NCBI GenBank assembly: GCA_945888595.1
Contig: CAMDAO010000003.1
Span: forward strand, 1,188-65,187
Reading direction: 5' to 3'
Length of the DNA: 64,000 nucleotides
Source: Chryseobacterium gleum
GTDB lineage: Bacteria > Bacteroidota > Bacteroidia > Flavobacteriales_D > Crocinitomicaceae
The translations under genes were made by a program, and so were the position numbers. The notes under the pieces were generated by a model. The model was not told the DNA's origin and did not search any database. It worked only from the letters and a program-made list of their open reading frames with translations. This document shows, in pieces, positions 37,554-47,579 of this stretch. The number at the start of each line of letters is the position of its first letter. Within the stretch, counting starts at the first letter, position 1.

Positions 37554-38270
37554 ATGAAATTAGACATTCTTGCTTTTGCTGCCCATCCAGATGACATTGA
37601 ATTGTCTTGCTCAGGAACATTAATGAAGCACATTGATGAAGGGAGAAAAGTGGGAATCGTTGATTTAACCCAAGGTGAATTAGGATCAAGAGGATCGGTT
37701 GAAATTAGACTTTCTGAATCAACTGAATCGGGAAAAATTATGGGATTGACTGCTCGGGAAAATCTACAAATGGCGGATTGTTTCTTTGAAATTAATCAAG
37801 AAAATAAAATCAAAATTATTGAACAAATTAGACGATTTCGTCCAGAAATAGTTTTAGCTAATTCTGTTCAAGATCGGCATCCTGACCATGGAAAAGCGGC
37901 AAAACTAGTTTCAGAAGCTTGTTTTTTGTCTGGTTTATTAAAAATTGAAACTTTTTGGGAGGGTGAAAAACAAGAGTATTATAGACCTAAAGTAATCTAT
38001 CACTATATTCAAGATCGCTATATTAAGCCAGATTTTGTGGTGGATGTCTCTGATTATTTTGATCGAAAAATGAAATCGGTAATGGCTTTTAAATCTCAAT
38101 TTTATGATCCTCATTCGCGAGAACCAATCACTCCTATTTCAAGTGAAGAATTTTTGGATAACGTGAAAGGTAGAATGGGTGATTTAGGTAGAGATATTGG
38201 TGTAAAATATGGAGAAGGTTTTACCTCTGAACGATTTGTGGGAGTGAATGGGTTGTTTGATTTAATCTAA
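37554..38270 (+). CDS. bshB1: LmbE/PIG-L family deacetylase, BshB1-like
   Basis: AHPDDIELSCSGT and HPDHG zinc-deacetylase motifs. Size and layout match bacillithiol BshB1. Confidence 0.6.
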   Translation: MKLDILAFAAHPDDIELSCSGTLMKHIDEGRKVGIVDLTQGELGSRGSVEIRLSESTESGKIMGLTARENLQMADCFFEINQENKIKIIEQIRRFRPEIVLANSVQDRHPDHGKAAKLVSEACFLSGLLKIETFWEGEKQEYYRPKVIYHYIQDRYIKPDFVVDVSDYFDRKMKSVMAFKSQFYDPHSREPITPISSEEFLDNVKGRMGDLGRDIGVKYGEGFTSERFVGVNGLFDLI

Positions 38271-38315
38271 AGGTAGGCAAGTTGCGCAGTCAGTATGCTT
38301 TCGAATTATTCTCTT

Positions 38316-38762
38316 TTATGAAATTGAAAATATCGTGGTACTATTTCCATTGAAGTTGACACTTTCATTTTCAGTTTTTCCTGTAAGCAGTTTTCCAATC
38401 GGTGCCAAAGGGTTGATTGCGAATACAGATATTTCTCCCACTTGAAAAACACCCAATCCAACCGAAAAGTAATACCATCCATTATTTGTGTCCACTAAAC
38501 TTCCTAATTCAATTTTTGAGGATGATTTTTCTGGATTTATTTTAAACAAAGACTCTTGTAATGCTAAATAATCATTGATTTGATTTGTTAGTTTTTCTTG
38601 CTCCAATTGTGCCATTGAAATGGCAGTTTCATGCTTGTCACCAGCTGAACTTTTTGAATCATTTGCAGTGGCCTCGTATGTTTCTTTCAAGATTTCTGTT
38701 AATCCATCAATTCTTTTTTGCAAGTGTTGACATATCGCTTGGTGCACCTCTATTTTGTTCAT
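38316..38762 (-). CDS. Hypothetical protein, GreA/GreB C-terminal-domain-like
   Basis: 148 aa. A coiled-coil N-terminal half, then GSLV.T.....YFSVGLG....G...F.I...APIGKLLTGK, which resembles the Gre C-terminal fold. Call is weak. Confidence 0.4.
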   Translation of the reverse strand: MNKIEVHQAICQHLQKRIDGLTEILKETYEATANDSKSSAGDKHETAISMAQLEQEKLTNQINDYLALQESLFKINPEKSSSKIELGSLVDTNNGWYYFSVGLGVFQVGEISVFAINPLAPIGKLLTGKTENESVNFNGNSTTIFSIS

Positions 38763-39940
38763 TGTTTCACTAAATTAAAGAGAAGTTTTTCAAAAGTTAA
38801 CAGGATATTTTGTTCAGAATATTGTTGAGCGTACGCTGTAATTACATGTGGATAAAATGAAATTTCCTCCTGCATCACTTTTTGCATCGCTGCCGCTAAC
38901 TCATGCGTATTATTTTTTTCAATTTGTATTCCCAAAGAAGGTGAAATGTTATCACCAATTCCTACTGATGTGGTGATGGTTGGCACGCCGCATGCCCAAG
39001 ATTCTGCGAGTACAATGGAGAACGTTTCGTAGGATGAGAATAAGATAAACGCATCTGATCTCTGATAGTATTGCACTAGATCTGTCCATGCCAATGGTCC
39101 TAGAAATGTAATGTATTCCCCCAATTGATGATCTTTCGCGTAGTTTTCCCACTTTTGAAATGGTTCATCACTGATGACTGTTAAATGAAAATTAATTTCT
39201 CCATCTTGAAGAAGGGTTAAACAAGCATCGATTATTCCTTTTGGATTTTTCACTTGCTCATCTAATGTCGAAATATGAAGAAATTCCTTTTTTTTACTTT
39301 TTAATTTAATTTCTGGTTTAAAAGATTGAATTGCAACGTGATTTGGCAGAATTTGAATGTCAGTAGAAGGGAATTCTTCCTGTAAATCACGTTTTAAAAA
39401 TTCAGAAACACACGTTAATTGATCAATTTTATTACTACTATTTCTCAGGATTAATTTTTCTAAAAAGGTTCTTTTTTCTTTTACTTCTGGTCTAAAATAG
39501 GATCCATGTTCAGTAACCAATAAAGGGCAATTGAAATACTTTTTAGCGGAAATGAATTGAAAACCTTTCGGTAATAATACGTGGCCATGAATTAAATCGA
39601 CCTCCGTTACTAATTCTAAACCTTTTTTAAATGCTTTATTCTCCCGCAGAATTTTCTGTAAAATAGTTCTAGCTTTCGGGTAATACACTATTATTTCTCT
39701 TAAAAAACCGTTCTTTTTATCTGAAATTTCACGTTTTTTTAAGGCACTATCAGCTTTTGTAATGAGCACCGTGACTTGAAACTTTGTGGACAATAATTCT
39801 GCTTGTCTTTTTACGAAATTACCAAGGAATGGCTCGTTTAAGGTGGGATACCAAGAACTTAAAATTAAGATATGTTTTTTTTCTTTCGGCAATTTTGAAA
39901 AATGAGTATTGGAGTATTTGATTTTTTTATTTTGTAACAA
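38759..39940 (-). CDS. Glycosyltransferase family 4
   Basis: 393 aa, GT-B pattern with FILFSSYETFSIVLAESWACGVPTITTSVG. TTG start in the ORF track, with no early Met. The stop overlaps the downstream gene by 4 nt. Confidence 0.65.
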   Translation of the reverse strand: MLQNKKIKYSNTHFSKLPKEKKHILILSSWYPTLNEPFLGNFVKRQAELLSTKFQVTVLITKADSALKKREISDKKNGFLREIIVYYPKARTILQKILRENKAFKKGLELVTEVDLIHGHVLLPKGFQFISAKKYFNCPLLVTEHGSYFRPEVKEKRTFLEKLILRNSSNKIDQLTCVSEFLKRDLQEEFPSTDIQILPNHVAIQSFKPEIKLKSKKKEFLHISTLDEQVKNPKGIIDACLTLLQDGEINFHLTVISDEPFQKWENYAKDHQLGEYITFLGPLAWTDLVQYYQRSDAFILFSSYETFSIVLAESWACGVPTITTSVGIGDNISPSLGIQIEKNNTHELAAAMQKVMQEEISFYPHVITAYAQQYSEQNILLTFEKLLFNLVKQ

Positions 39941-39976
39941 AGCGAAAACCTAGATTCTCCCAAGGTTACTTGAAAT

Positions 39977-40276
39977 TTATTTACATTTTTCTAATTCATC
40001 AGTGTAGGCTTGGAAAAATTGTTCTTGTTCGCTATCCGCAAGATATTTACCTTGCATTTCTGAAAGTAGATTTTGTGCCTCAGTACTTATTTTTTGACTT
40101 TCCTCTACCAATTGCGGATATTCATCTGAATTGAAATCGGCATTTTTCGATTGCACGATTAATTTTTGAGACCGACACGTTAGTTTTGCTACTCGTTTAG
40201 CATCTTTTTCAATTTCAGGATTAGTACAAGACGAGTACACAAAAGTTAAAATTACAAGAGAGAGGAATTTTTTCAT
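39977..40276 (-). CDS. Small lipoprotein, unknown function
   Basis: Start set at MKKFLSLVILTFVYSSC (lipobox Cys). Otherwise a helical acidic protein. Confidence 0.5.
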   Translation of the reverse strand: MKKFLSLVILTFVYSSCTNPEIEKDAKRVAKLTCRSQKLIVQSKNADFNSDEYPQLVEESQKISTEAQNLLSEMQGKYLADSEQEQFFQAYTDELEKCK

Positions 40277-40379
40277 GGGGTAAGAGTTTATTTGCAAAAA
40301 TAGGAAATAATAAAAAATCTCGACGGTTTATAAAATATTTGATTACATTTATTTTCAAGTTAAACTTACAAAATTCAGA

Positions 40380-42182
40380 ATGAAAAACTTTAGAGATTGT
40401 ATTTTTCTTCTTCTTTTCATGTCTATTTGTATATTTTCAAATTCTCAAGATAGATTAAATGAATTACAATCTAAATTATCAAAATCGAAAGATGATACTT
40501 CAAAAGTTGAAATATTAAATGTCTTATCTGATTTGTTTTTAGATAAAGGCAACAATGAAAAAAGTTTAATTTTTGCAAATCAAGCGTTAGAACTTTCACA
40601 AAAATTAACGTATAAATTGGGTATTTCTCATGCAAATATGCAGATTGGTATTATATATGTAGAATTGGGGTCGTATGAAAAAGCTTTAAAATACTATCTT
40701 CAGTCGTTGAAAATCTGTGAGGAAATTCGCGATAAAAAAGGGGAGGCATATTTATATAATAACATAGCTAATATTCACCGAGAGCAAGGTGATCCGAAAA
40801 AAGCACTCGAAAACTATTTACTATCACTAAAGAAATGCGAGGCAATAAATGATCAGGAAGGAATTAGTAAAGCATCCTTTGGCGCAGGAATAGTATACCG
40901 CTCAAATGGAGACTACGATAAAGCTTTGGAGTATTATTTCAAATCCATGAAAATTGATGAAAGCAGAGGGAACTATACTGGAGTTGCACATACCTATACA
41001 AGTATCGGAATCGTTTATTCTATCAAAGGATCTTTTGATACGGCAATTAGTTACTATTCAAAATCTTTAAAAGTTGCTATGGAAAGTGGTGATAAAAAAG
41101 AGATTGCACTTTGTAAAATTAACATAGGTTGTACATACATTGATCTAAAGGATTTTGAAAAGGCAGAGGAAAATTTGAACGAAGCGTTACAGTTATTTAC
41201 AGAAATTGGTCACAAAAATGGGGTGAAAGAAGTGTATTCCTCCTTGTCAACTTTGTTTGAAAATAAAAAAGAGTTTAAAAAATCATTACAGTACCATAAA
41301 CTATATAGCGACATTAAAGATGAGCTAATCAGCGAAAGTAGTTCAAATCAAATGGTAGAAATGATTGCGAAGTATGATACGGAGAAAAAAATAATTGAAA
41401 ACAAAACACTCCAACAAAAGAATAAAATTCAAGCGCTGACCATCGCAAATGGCCGATATTTCATGATTGGAATTATTGGTTTTTTTATTCTAGTTGTGAT
41501 TTTAGGTTTTTTAATCTTTAGACAAAATAGATTGAGAGCGCAGCAGTTGGCGATGCAATTTGAACAAAAATTATTGCGCACTCAAATGAATCCACATTTT
41601 ATTTTTAATTCTTTGGCGAGTATCGAAAGTTTTATTTATGAGCACGAACCAAAAATAGCGGGGGTTTATTTGTCTAAATTTTCAAGGTTAATGCGTTTAA
41701 TATTAGAAAATTCTGCTTCTGAATTTATTTCTTTAGAAGAGGAAGTTGAAATATTAAATTATTATTTATCATTACAGAAAATGAGGTTAAATGACCAATT
41801 AGAATATCAAATTTACATTGATCCTGAACTTCATCCCGAACAAATGCAAATTCCACCGATGTTATTGCAACCATTTATAGAAAATGCAATAGAACATGGA
41901 TTTAGAGGTAATAAAAATATCGGAAAAGTAGATATTACTTTTGAATTAGTAGAGCATAATTTATGCGTGACAATACTCGATAATGGTATCGGTATTGACA
42001 AAGCAAAAGATGAATCTTCGACATTCAAAACGCATAAGTCCTTGGCGTTGAAAATTACTCAGGAGCGTTTAGAATTATTAAATAAAACGAAGAGAAAAAA
42101 ATTAACGTTTTCTATTTTAGATATTTCTTCTGCAGAAAATGAATTAACAGGAACAGAAGTGAAATTTTCAATTCCTACTTAA
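40380..42182 (+). CDS. Sensor histidine kinase: extracytoplasmic TPR array, one TM, LytS-type His_kinase plus HATPase
   Basis: Signal/anchor, about 7 TPR-like units (..YEKALKYYLQSLKI..), TM YFMIGIIGFFILVVILGFLIF, then RTQMNPHFIFNSL (PF06580-type H box) and an ATPase N/G region. Confidence 0.8.
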   Translation: MKNFRDCIFLLLFMSICIFSNSQDRLNELQSKLSKSKDDTSKVEILNVLSDLFLDKGNNEKSLIFANQALELSQKLTYKLGISHANMQIGIIYVELGSYEKALKYYLQSLKICEEIRDKKGEAYLYNNIANIHREQGDPKKALENYLLSLKKCEAINDQEGISKASFGAGIVYRSNGDYDKALEYYFKSMKIDESRGNYTGVAHTYTSIGIVYSIKGSFDTAISYYSKSLKVAMESGDKKEIALCKINIGCTYIDLKDFEKAEENLNEALQLFTEIGHKNGVKEVYSSLSTLFENKKEFKKSLQYHKLYSDIKDELISESSSNQMVEMIAKYDTEKKIIENKTLQQKNKIQALTIANGRYFMIGIIGFFILVVILGFLIFRQNRLRAQQLAMQFEQKLLRTQMNPHFIFNSLASIESFIYEHEPKIAGVYLSKFSRLMRLILENSASEFISLEEEVEILNYYLSLQKMRLNDQLEYQIYIDPELHPEQMQIPPMLLQPFIENAIEHGFRGNKNIGKVDITFELVEHNLCVTILDNGIGIDKAKDESSTFKTHKSLALKITQERLELLNKTKRKKLTFSILDISSAENELTGTEVKFSIPT

Positions 42183-42193
42183 TACCGCTAAAA

Positions 42194-42949
42194 ATGAAGC
42201 AGCTAAATATTATTCTTGTAGATGACGAGAAAAGAGTCAGAAATTCATTAAAAAGTGTTTTGGAAATATACTACCCTGCAGCAACTGTAATCGGTGAAGC
42301 AGAAGATATTTTGGAAGCAAAAGAGTTGATTTTAAGATTGAATCCTGATGTGGTTCTATTAGATATTAAAATGCCTGGGGGTACAGGATTTGATCTTTTG
42401 AAACAGTTAATGCCTTTCTCGTTTAAAGTTATTTTTATTACAGCTTTCGATCAATTTGCAATTCAAGCGTTTAAATACAGTGCAATCGATTATTTACTGA
42501 AGCCAATTATCCCAGATGATCTTGTTGCTGCATTAGATAAATCGGCTGAAATTCTACACGTGACGGATGAAACCTTGAAGTTTGATAATCTACTCGATAA
42601 TTTCAGTCAATTAACAAGAGATTTGAAAAAAATTGTACTCAATACGCAAGATAAGATTCATATTGTTGGGATAACTGAAATTGTGAGATGTGAATCAGAT
42701 GCAAATTATACCACTTTCACACTCTTAAATAAAAAACCAGTTGTGATGTCAAAACCTTTAAAAGAATATGACGAAATGTTAACTCCCTTTGGTTTTTTCA
42801 GATCTCATCATTCTCATCTAGTCAATCTTTCTATGATTGATCGAATAGATAAAAAGGATGGAGGCGTATTAATTATGAAGGATAACTCTGAAGCAATGGT
42901 TTCTTCCCGAAAATATGCCGAGCTTGTAAGTGCCATCGGAAATTTATAA
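42194..42949 (+). CDS. LytTR-family response regulator
   Basis: Receiver domain (ILVDDE ... PDVVLLDIKMPG ... FITAF) plus a C-terminal LytTR DNA-binding domain (FFRSHHSHLVNLSMI). Confidence 0.85.
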   Translation: MKQLNIILVDDEKRVRNSLKSVLEIYYPAATVIGEAEDILEAKELILRLNPDVVLLDIKMPGGTGFDLLKQLMPFSFKVIFITAFDQFAIQAFKYSAIDYLLKPIIPDDLVAALDKSAEILHVTDETLKFDNLLDNFSQLTRDLKKIVLNTQDKIHIVGITEIVRCESDANYTTFTLLNKKPVVMSKPLKEYDEMLTPFGFFRSHHSHLVNLSMIDRIDKKDGGVLIMKDNSEAMVSSRKYAELVSAIGNL

Positions 42950-43117
42950 TTCGTTACAAAAAAGATCAGTAACCTGAGATTAGTAGCTTTTTATAATTTA
43001 TAAATTCAAAATATCCCACGCCTATACAGTAAATGGCTACAGTTATGCATACTTCAATTTTCATGAGTTAAAGTGTTATACGTTTGATGAACTTTTAAAC
43101 GCTAAAAACAAATAAAC

Positions 43118-44950
43118 ATGAAAAAACTATTAATTACAAAACTCGCAACACTTTTACTTGTATTTGCTTGCTTTCATTCCAAAGCACAATTAACCGATGG
43201 TACAATAGCTCCCGATTTCACATTGATGGATATTAACGGAACTCCCCAACATCTTTATACCTACTTGAATGCGGGTAAAACGGTGGTTCTCGATTTTTCA
43301 GCCATTTGGTGTGGTCCATGTTACTCGTACCATACAGCTGGAACTTTAGAAGCTTTTTATGCACAGCATGGTCCGAGCGGCGACAACACTGCAATGGTGT
43401 TATTTATTGAAGCACAAGGAGGCACTTTGGCTCAGTTAAATGGAGGTGCTGGTTCTCAAGGAAATTGGGTGGCTGGAACACCTTATCCAATTATTCCTAC
43501 CTACGCTCCAAATGGAACAGGTGTGGTAACGGCTTATCAAATTGGGTATTTCCCAACGATGTATATGATTTGTGGGAGCGACAAAAAAACAAAAGTTGTC
43601 GATCAATTTACGTTGTCACAATTAAATGCTGCTCTTAGCGCTTGTCCAACGGTTAATAGTAATTTCTCTGCCACTCCAACAAGTGTCGTTACTGGCGGAT
43701 CAGTACATTTCACAGATCTATCTACTGGAAGTCCAAGTTCATGGTCATGGTCTTTCCCAGGAGGAACACCTTCCTCTTCAACGCTTCAAAACCCAACAAT
43801 CACCTATAATACAGTGGGTAATTATAACGCTACTTTAACAGCAACAAATGGTATTGGTAGCACAGATACAGAAGTGAAAACAGCATATATACATGTTATC
43901 TCGGCTACTTCTCTTCCCATTGCTGATTTTGTTGCTTCTTCCACATCCGTCGCTATTGCAAATTCCTGCACGTTTACCGATCAAACAGCAGGTAGTTCAA
44001 CAGCATGGTCTTGGAGTTTTCCAGGAGGAACGCCTTCCACTTCAACGGTTAAAAATCCTGTTGTCACCTACAGTGCATTAGGGACTTATTCTGTCACTTT
44101 AACAGCAACGAACGCGTATGGAAGTGACGTTGAAACTAAAACAAATTACATCACAATTACCAATCCCGTGTATTGTGACGCTTCATCAATAAATAATGCC
44201 TACGAAAGAATTACCAATGTTCAAATGGGATCTATTAATAACACATCTGTTTGGAGTAATTATACCGATTATACGGCGATATCAACGACTGTAACTGCAG
44301 GCACAGCTTCTCCAATAACAATAACAATCGGTAATTCGTATAGTGATGACCAAGTGCTCGCTTGGGTTGATTGGAATCATGATGGGGATTTTGCTGATTT
44401 TGATGAAAAAGTCTTTACATCACCACAAGGACTTGGGCCATTTTCGGGGACTATTATTCCACCTGTTACGGCATTGAATGGAATAACCCGCATGAGAATT
44501 AGGTTGCATGATGCTGGATATGGACCGAATGATACCCCATGTGGAACATCTGATTATGGCGAAGTCGAAGATTATAATTTAGTAATACAAGGAGGTGTAA
44601 CTGCCGGTGGTTCTGGTTCAGGAACAGGTGGAGGTGCTGGTGGCGGGGGCACGGGAACGGGATCAGGTGGCGGAAGTTCGGCCTCAATTTCTGAAAATGT
44701 CAAAAGTAATTTTATCGTTTTCCCTAATCCAGCGAGAGAGGTACTTCATGTCACACTGAATACAATTGATCAATCAAATTATTCTTTTTCACTCATTAAT
44801 TTAGTTGGACAGACGCAAGAAGTCGTTTCTGAATTGAACAATCAGTTCATTACATTTGAAATCGAAGCATTAGAAGCGGGAGTCTATTTTTTCAAAGCTG
44901 TAAATAATAGTAATCAATCTATTTCAATAGTGAAATTTATCAAAGAATAA
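43118..44950 (+). CDS. T9SS-secreted multidomain protein: thioredoxin-fold (WCGPC), 2 x PKD, GEVED domain, Gly-rich linker, T9SS C-terminal sorting domain
   Basis: Signal peptide, then FSAIWCGPCYSY. Two PKD repeats (...WSWSFPGGTPS.ST..NP...Y...G.Y..TLTATN). GEVEDYNL, then the GGSGSGTGGGAGGGGTGTGSGGG linker. The tail FIVFPNPAREVLHV...GVYFFKAV....SISIVKFIKE is a type A sorting domain. Confidence 0.8.
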   Translation: MKKLLITKLATLLLVFACFHSKAQLTDGTIAPDFTLMDINGTPQHLYTYLNAGKTVVLDFSAIWCGPCYSYHTAGTLEAFYAQHGPSGDNTAMVLFIEAQGGTLAQLNGGAGSQGNWVAGTPYPIIPTYAPNGTGVVTAYQIGYFPTMYMICGSDKKTKVVDQFTLSQLNAALSACPTVNSNFSATPTSVVTGGSVHFTDLSTGSPSSWSWSFPGGTPSSSTLQNPTITYNTVGNYNATLTATNGIGSTDTEVKTAYIHVISATSLPIADFVASSTSVAIANSCTFTDQTAGSSTAWSWSFPGGTPSTSTVKNPVVTYSALGTYSVTLTATNAYGSDVETKTNYITITNPVYCDASSINNAYERITNVQMGSINNTSVWSNYTDYTAISTTVTAGTASPITITIGNSYSDDQVLAWVDWNHDGDFADFDEKVFTSPQGLGPFSGTIIPPVTALNGITRMRIRLHDAGYGPNDTPCGTSDYGEVEDYNLVIQGGVTAGGSGSGTGGGAGGGGTGTGSGGGSSASISENVKSNFIVFPNPAREVLHVTLNTIDQSNYSFSLINLVGQTQEVVSELNNQFITFEIEALEAGVYFFKAVNNSNQSISIVKFIKE

Positions 44951-45003
44951 AACAAAACTTGTTTAAAAATCAAGTAAACTTTTCAAGGTTTGATTTTTAG
45001 CTA

Positions 45004-45050
45004 AAAGTCCGATTGTTAAAGAAGTATATCTTCAGCAGCAATCGGACTTT
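45004..45050. terminator. Bidirectional terminator hairpin between convergent genes
   Basis: 12-bp stem AAAGTCCGATTG / CAATCGGACTTT with an inner GAAG-TATAT-CTTC hairpin. A/T runs on both sides. Confidence 0.6.
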
Positions 45051-45068
45051 ATTATTATTTGAGAGAAA

Positions 45069-46211
45069 TTAATCTTTTTTAACTTCGAATACTTCCATCA
45101 GCATTTCCAAAGCATAATCCACTTCTTGCTGCGTCGTGTATCTTGAAAATGAAAAACGAATATTGGGACGATTAGAATCAGAATTAATACCTGCTAATAC
45201 GTGAGAACCTCCTAGAGCTCCGGAAGAGCAAGCGCTGCCTCCACTACAAGCAACACCTTTCAAATCCATTGTAAATAATAGCATTCCTGTTTTTTCTGTA
45301 TTCGGAAAACTAACATTTAGAACAGTATATAAACTTTTTGATACTTCTATTTCACCGTGAAAATAGACATCTGGGATTGATTTTTTTAATTGATCAATCA
45401 TATGATTTTTTAAGGATTGAACATGTACTTGATGTTCTGCAAGTCCTTCATAAGCCAAATCAAGTGCTGTCGCTAACCCAGCAATTCCGGATACATTTTC
45501 CGTTCCTCCGCGCAATCCTCTTTCTTGCGAGCCACCATGAATGAAAGAGGAACCATTTATTTTTTTATTTATATACAAGAATCCAATGCCTTTTGGACCA
45601 TGAAATTTATGCGCTGCCCCCGATAAATAATCAATATCAAGTTCTTGCAAATCAAAAGGGTAATGACCAATAGTTTGAACGGTGTCAGAATGAAATAAAG
45701 CGTCATATTTTTTACATAACTGACTTACTTTTTGAATCGGTAGTAGCGTTGCTATTTCATTATTTGCATGCATCAAGGAAACCAACGTTTTCTCTTCAGT
45801 TTGCAGTAATGTTTCCAAATTAGCCAAATCAACATTTCCTTTAGAATCAACCTGCACATAGCTAATTCTGGCAAGGCCTTCTTTTTCAATCGCTTCAGCG
45901 GTGTGAAGAATTGCGTGATGCTCAATTCGTGAAGTGATGATATGTTTCACCTCCATTTTATGAATGGAAGAATATAAAGCCATATTATCTGCTTCAGTTC
46001 CTCCAGAGGTGAATATTAACTCAGAGGAATGACAATTTAAATGCTTAGCAATTGTTTTTCTAGAAGTTTCTATAAATCCTTTGACATGTCTACCATACGA
46101 ATGTATAGAAGAAGGATTTCCGAAATCATTTGTTAAAATTGGAACCATTATGTCTATCACCTCAGGAGCAACAGGAGTTGTGGCAGCATTGTCTAAATAT
46201 ACACGCATCAA
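45069..46211 (-). CDS. Cysteine desulfurase (NifS/IscS class)
   Basis: YLDNAATTP, the PLP lysine in SGAAHKFHGPKGIG, and the active-site loop SGGSACSSG. Confidence 0.85.
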   Translation of the reverse strand: MMRVYLDNAATTPVAPEVIDIMVPILTNDFGNPSSIHSYGRHVKGFIETSRKTIAKHLNCHSSELIFTSGGTEADNMALYSSIHKMEVKHIITSRIEHHAILHTAEAIEKEGLARISYVQVDSKGNVDLANLETLLQTEEKTLVSLMHANNEIATLLPIQKVSQLCKKYDALFHSDTVQTIGHYPFDLQELDIDYLSGAAHKFHGPKGIGFLYINKKINGSSFIHGGSQERGLRGGTENVSGIAGLATALDLAYEGLAEHQVHVQSLKNHMIDQLKKSIPDVYFHGEIEVSKSLYTVLNVSFPNTEKTGMLLFTMDLKGVACSGGSACSSGALGGSHVLAGINSDSNRPNIRFSFSRYTTQQEVDYALEMLMEVFEVKKD

Positions 46212-46285
46212 AAATATTTTTTTTACAAAGATATGGAAAAGTCAGGAAATAAATGAAATCTGCAAAAGTATCGAGATTAAAATTC

Positions 46286-47293
46286 TTAAAGAAACATTTT
46301 CTTATCGAGACCGAGCCATTCGAGTGTTGAATTCGCAAAAACATCTTCGATAACCGCAGGATTTAAATCACTTTCTTCGATGAATTTACCGATTTCCATA
46401 TCGCCCAAAGGAAATGGATAATCACTACCCAAACAAACACGTTTACTTCCTTGCATGTTTAAAATGTACTTCAATAAATCGATGTCATGTGTGATACTAT
46501 CTACCCAAAATTTCCCTAAATATTCTCTTGGATTCACAGGATTATCGATAGCCACAAGATCTGGGCGACAATTAAATCCATGTTCGATCCTTCCTAATGT
46601 CGGTAAAAAAGAACCTCCTGCATGGGAAAAGCAAATACGTAATTTGGGTAATTTTTCTAAAATCCCAGAAAAAATCATTGAACAAGCAGCTCTTGATGTT
46701 TCGGCAGGCATACCAACTAACCAGGGAAGCCAGTATTTTTTCATGCTTTCGAAGCCCATCATTTGCCAGGGGTGAATCATAATTGCCATCCCTAAACGCT
46801 CACACGCTTCAAAAATAGAAAAGAATTTTTCTTCGCCTAAATTTTCATCATTTATATTTGATCCAATTTGAATCCCCACCAATCCAATCGATTTTGCTCT
46901 TTCCAATTCTCGTATCGCAGCATCTGCATCTTGCATAGGAATTGCAGCTAAGCCTATGTATTTTTTAGGGTATCGAACTACTAGATCAGCAATATGATCA
47001 TTCAAAAATTGAGACATTTCAACACAATCTTTTGTTTTGGCATTGTATGCAAACATCACTGGAATTGTGCAGACTACTTGAACTTGCGTATGAAAATTTT
47101 CATATTCAGTGATACGGATATTTTCATCCCAACAATTTTCTTCAATCCTTCTAAAAAATTGCCCACCCTGCATCATATCAGCAGTTTTATTATCGTTGTG
47201 ATTTAAGAAAATAAAGTCACCATACCCAAATTTTTTTGTCCAATCGGGCAAGTGTTTAGGTATAATGTGGGTATGCATATCAATTTTTAACAT
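46286..47293 (-). CDS. Amidohydrolase-2 family, ACMSD-like decarboxylase/hydrolase
   Basis: N-terminal IDMHTHIIP (HxH metal motif), MIHPW, FSHAGG and LGSDYPFPLG blocks typical of the ACMSD subfamily. Confidence 0.65.
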   Translation of the reverse strand: MLKIDMHTHIIPKHLPDWTKKFGYGDFIFLNHNDNKTADMMQGGQFFRRIEENCWDENIRITEYENFHTQVQVVCTIPVMFAYNAKTKDCVEMSQFLNDHIADLVVRYPKKYIGLAAIPMQDADAAIRELERAKSIGLVGIQIGSNINDENLGEEKFFSIFEACERLGMAIMIHPWQMMGFESMKKYWLPWLVGMPAETSRAACSMIFSGILEKLPKLRICFSHAGGSFLPTLGRIEHGFNCRPDLVAIDNPVNPREYLGKFWVDSITHDIDLLKYILNMQGSKRVCLGSDYPFPLGDMEIGKFIEESDLNPAVIEDVFANSTLEWLGLDKKMFL

Positions 47294-47579
47294 CCTGTTT
47301 TTTTTTCAAAAATACTGATTTTTTTAATTTTTTTGACACCAAAATAGAAAATAGGTGAAATTGAAACAATCGGATCGTTGAGAGAAATACTTCATGATTT
47401 TAAGCTTAAATGCATCAGAACGTTCATTTTTAAGGTTTGAGAACTCTTTACGCGTGTTATAATTTAAAAGTAAATAGTTAAGATTTATATTAACAAAACG
47501 TTGCAATTTAAATGGATTTGCGTAAATTTATATCGCGATAGCAATATTGCCTGTAAATTACTAATAAAAATAATTGCTT

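Noticed and set aside
38759-39940. GT4 glycosyltransferase as BshA, because bshB1 is nearby
   Set aside because: It is on the opposite strand and separated by another gene. The N-terminus (HILILSSWYPTLNEPFLGNF) does not resemble the BshA N-terminus I recall. There is insufficient support, so it is called a generic GT4.
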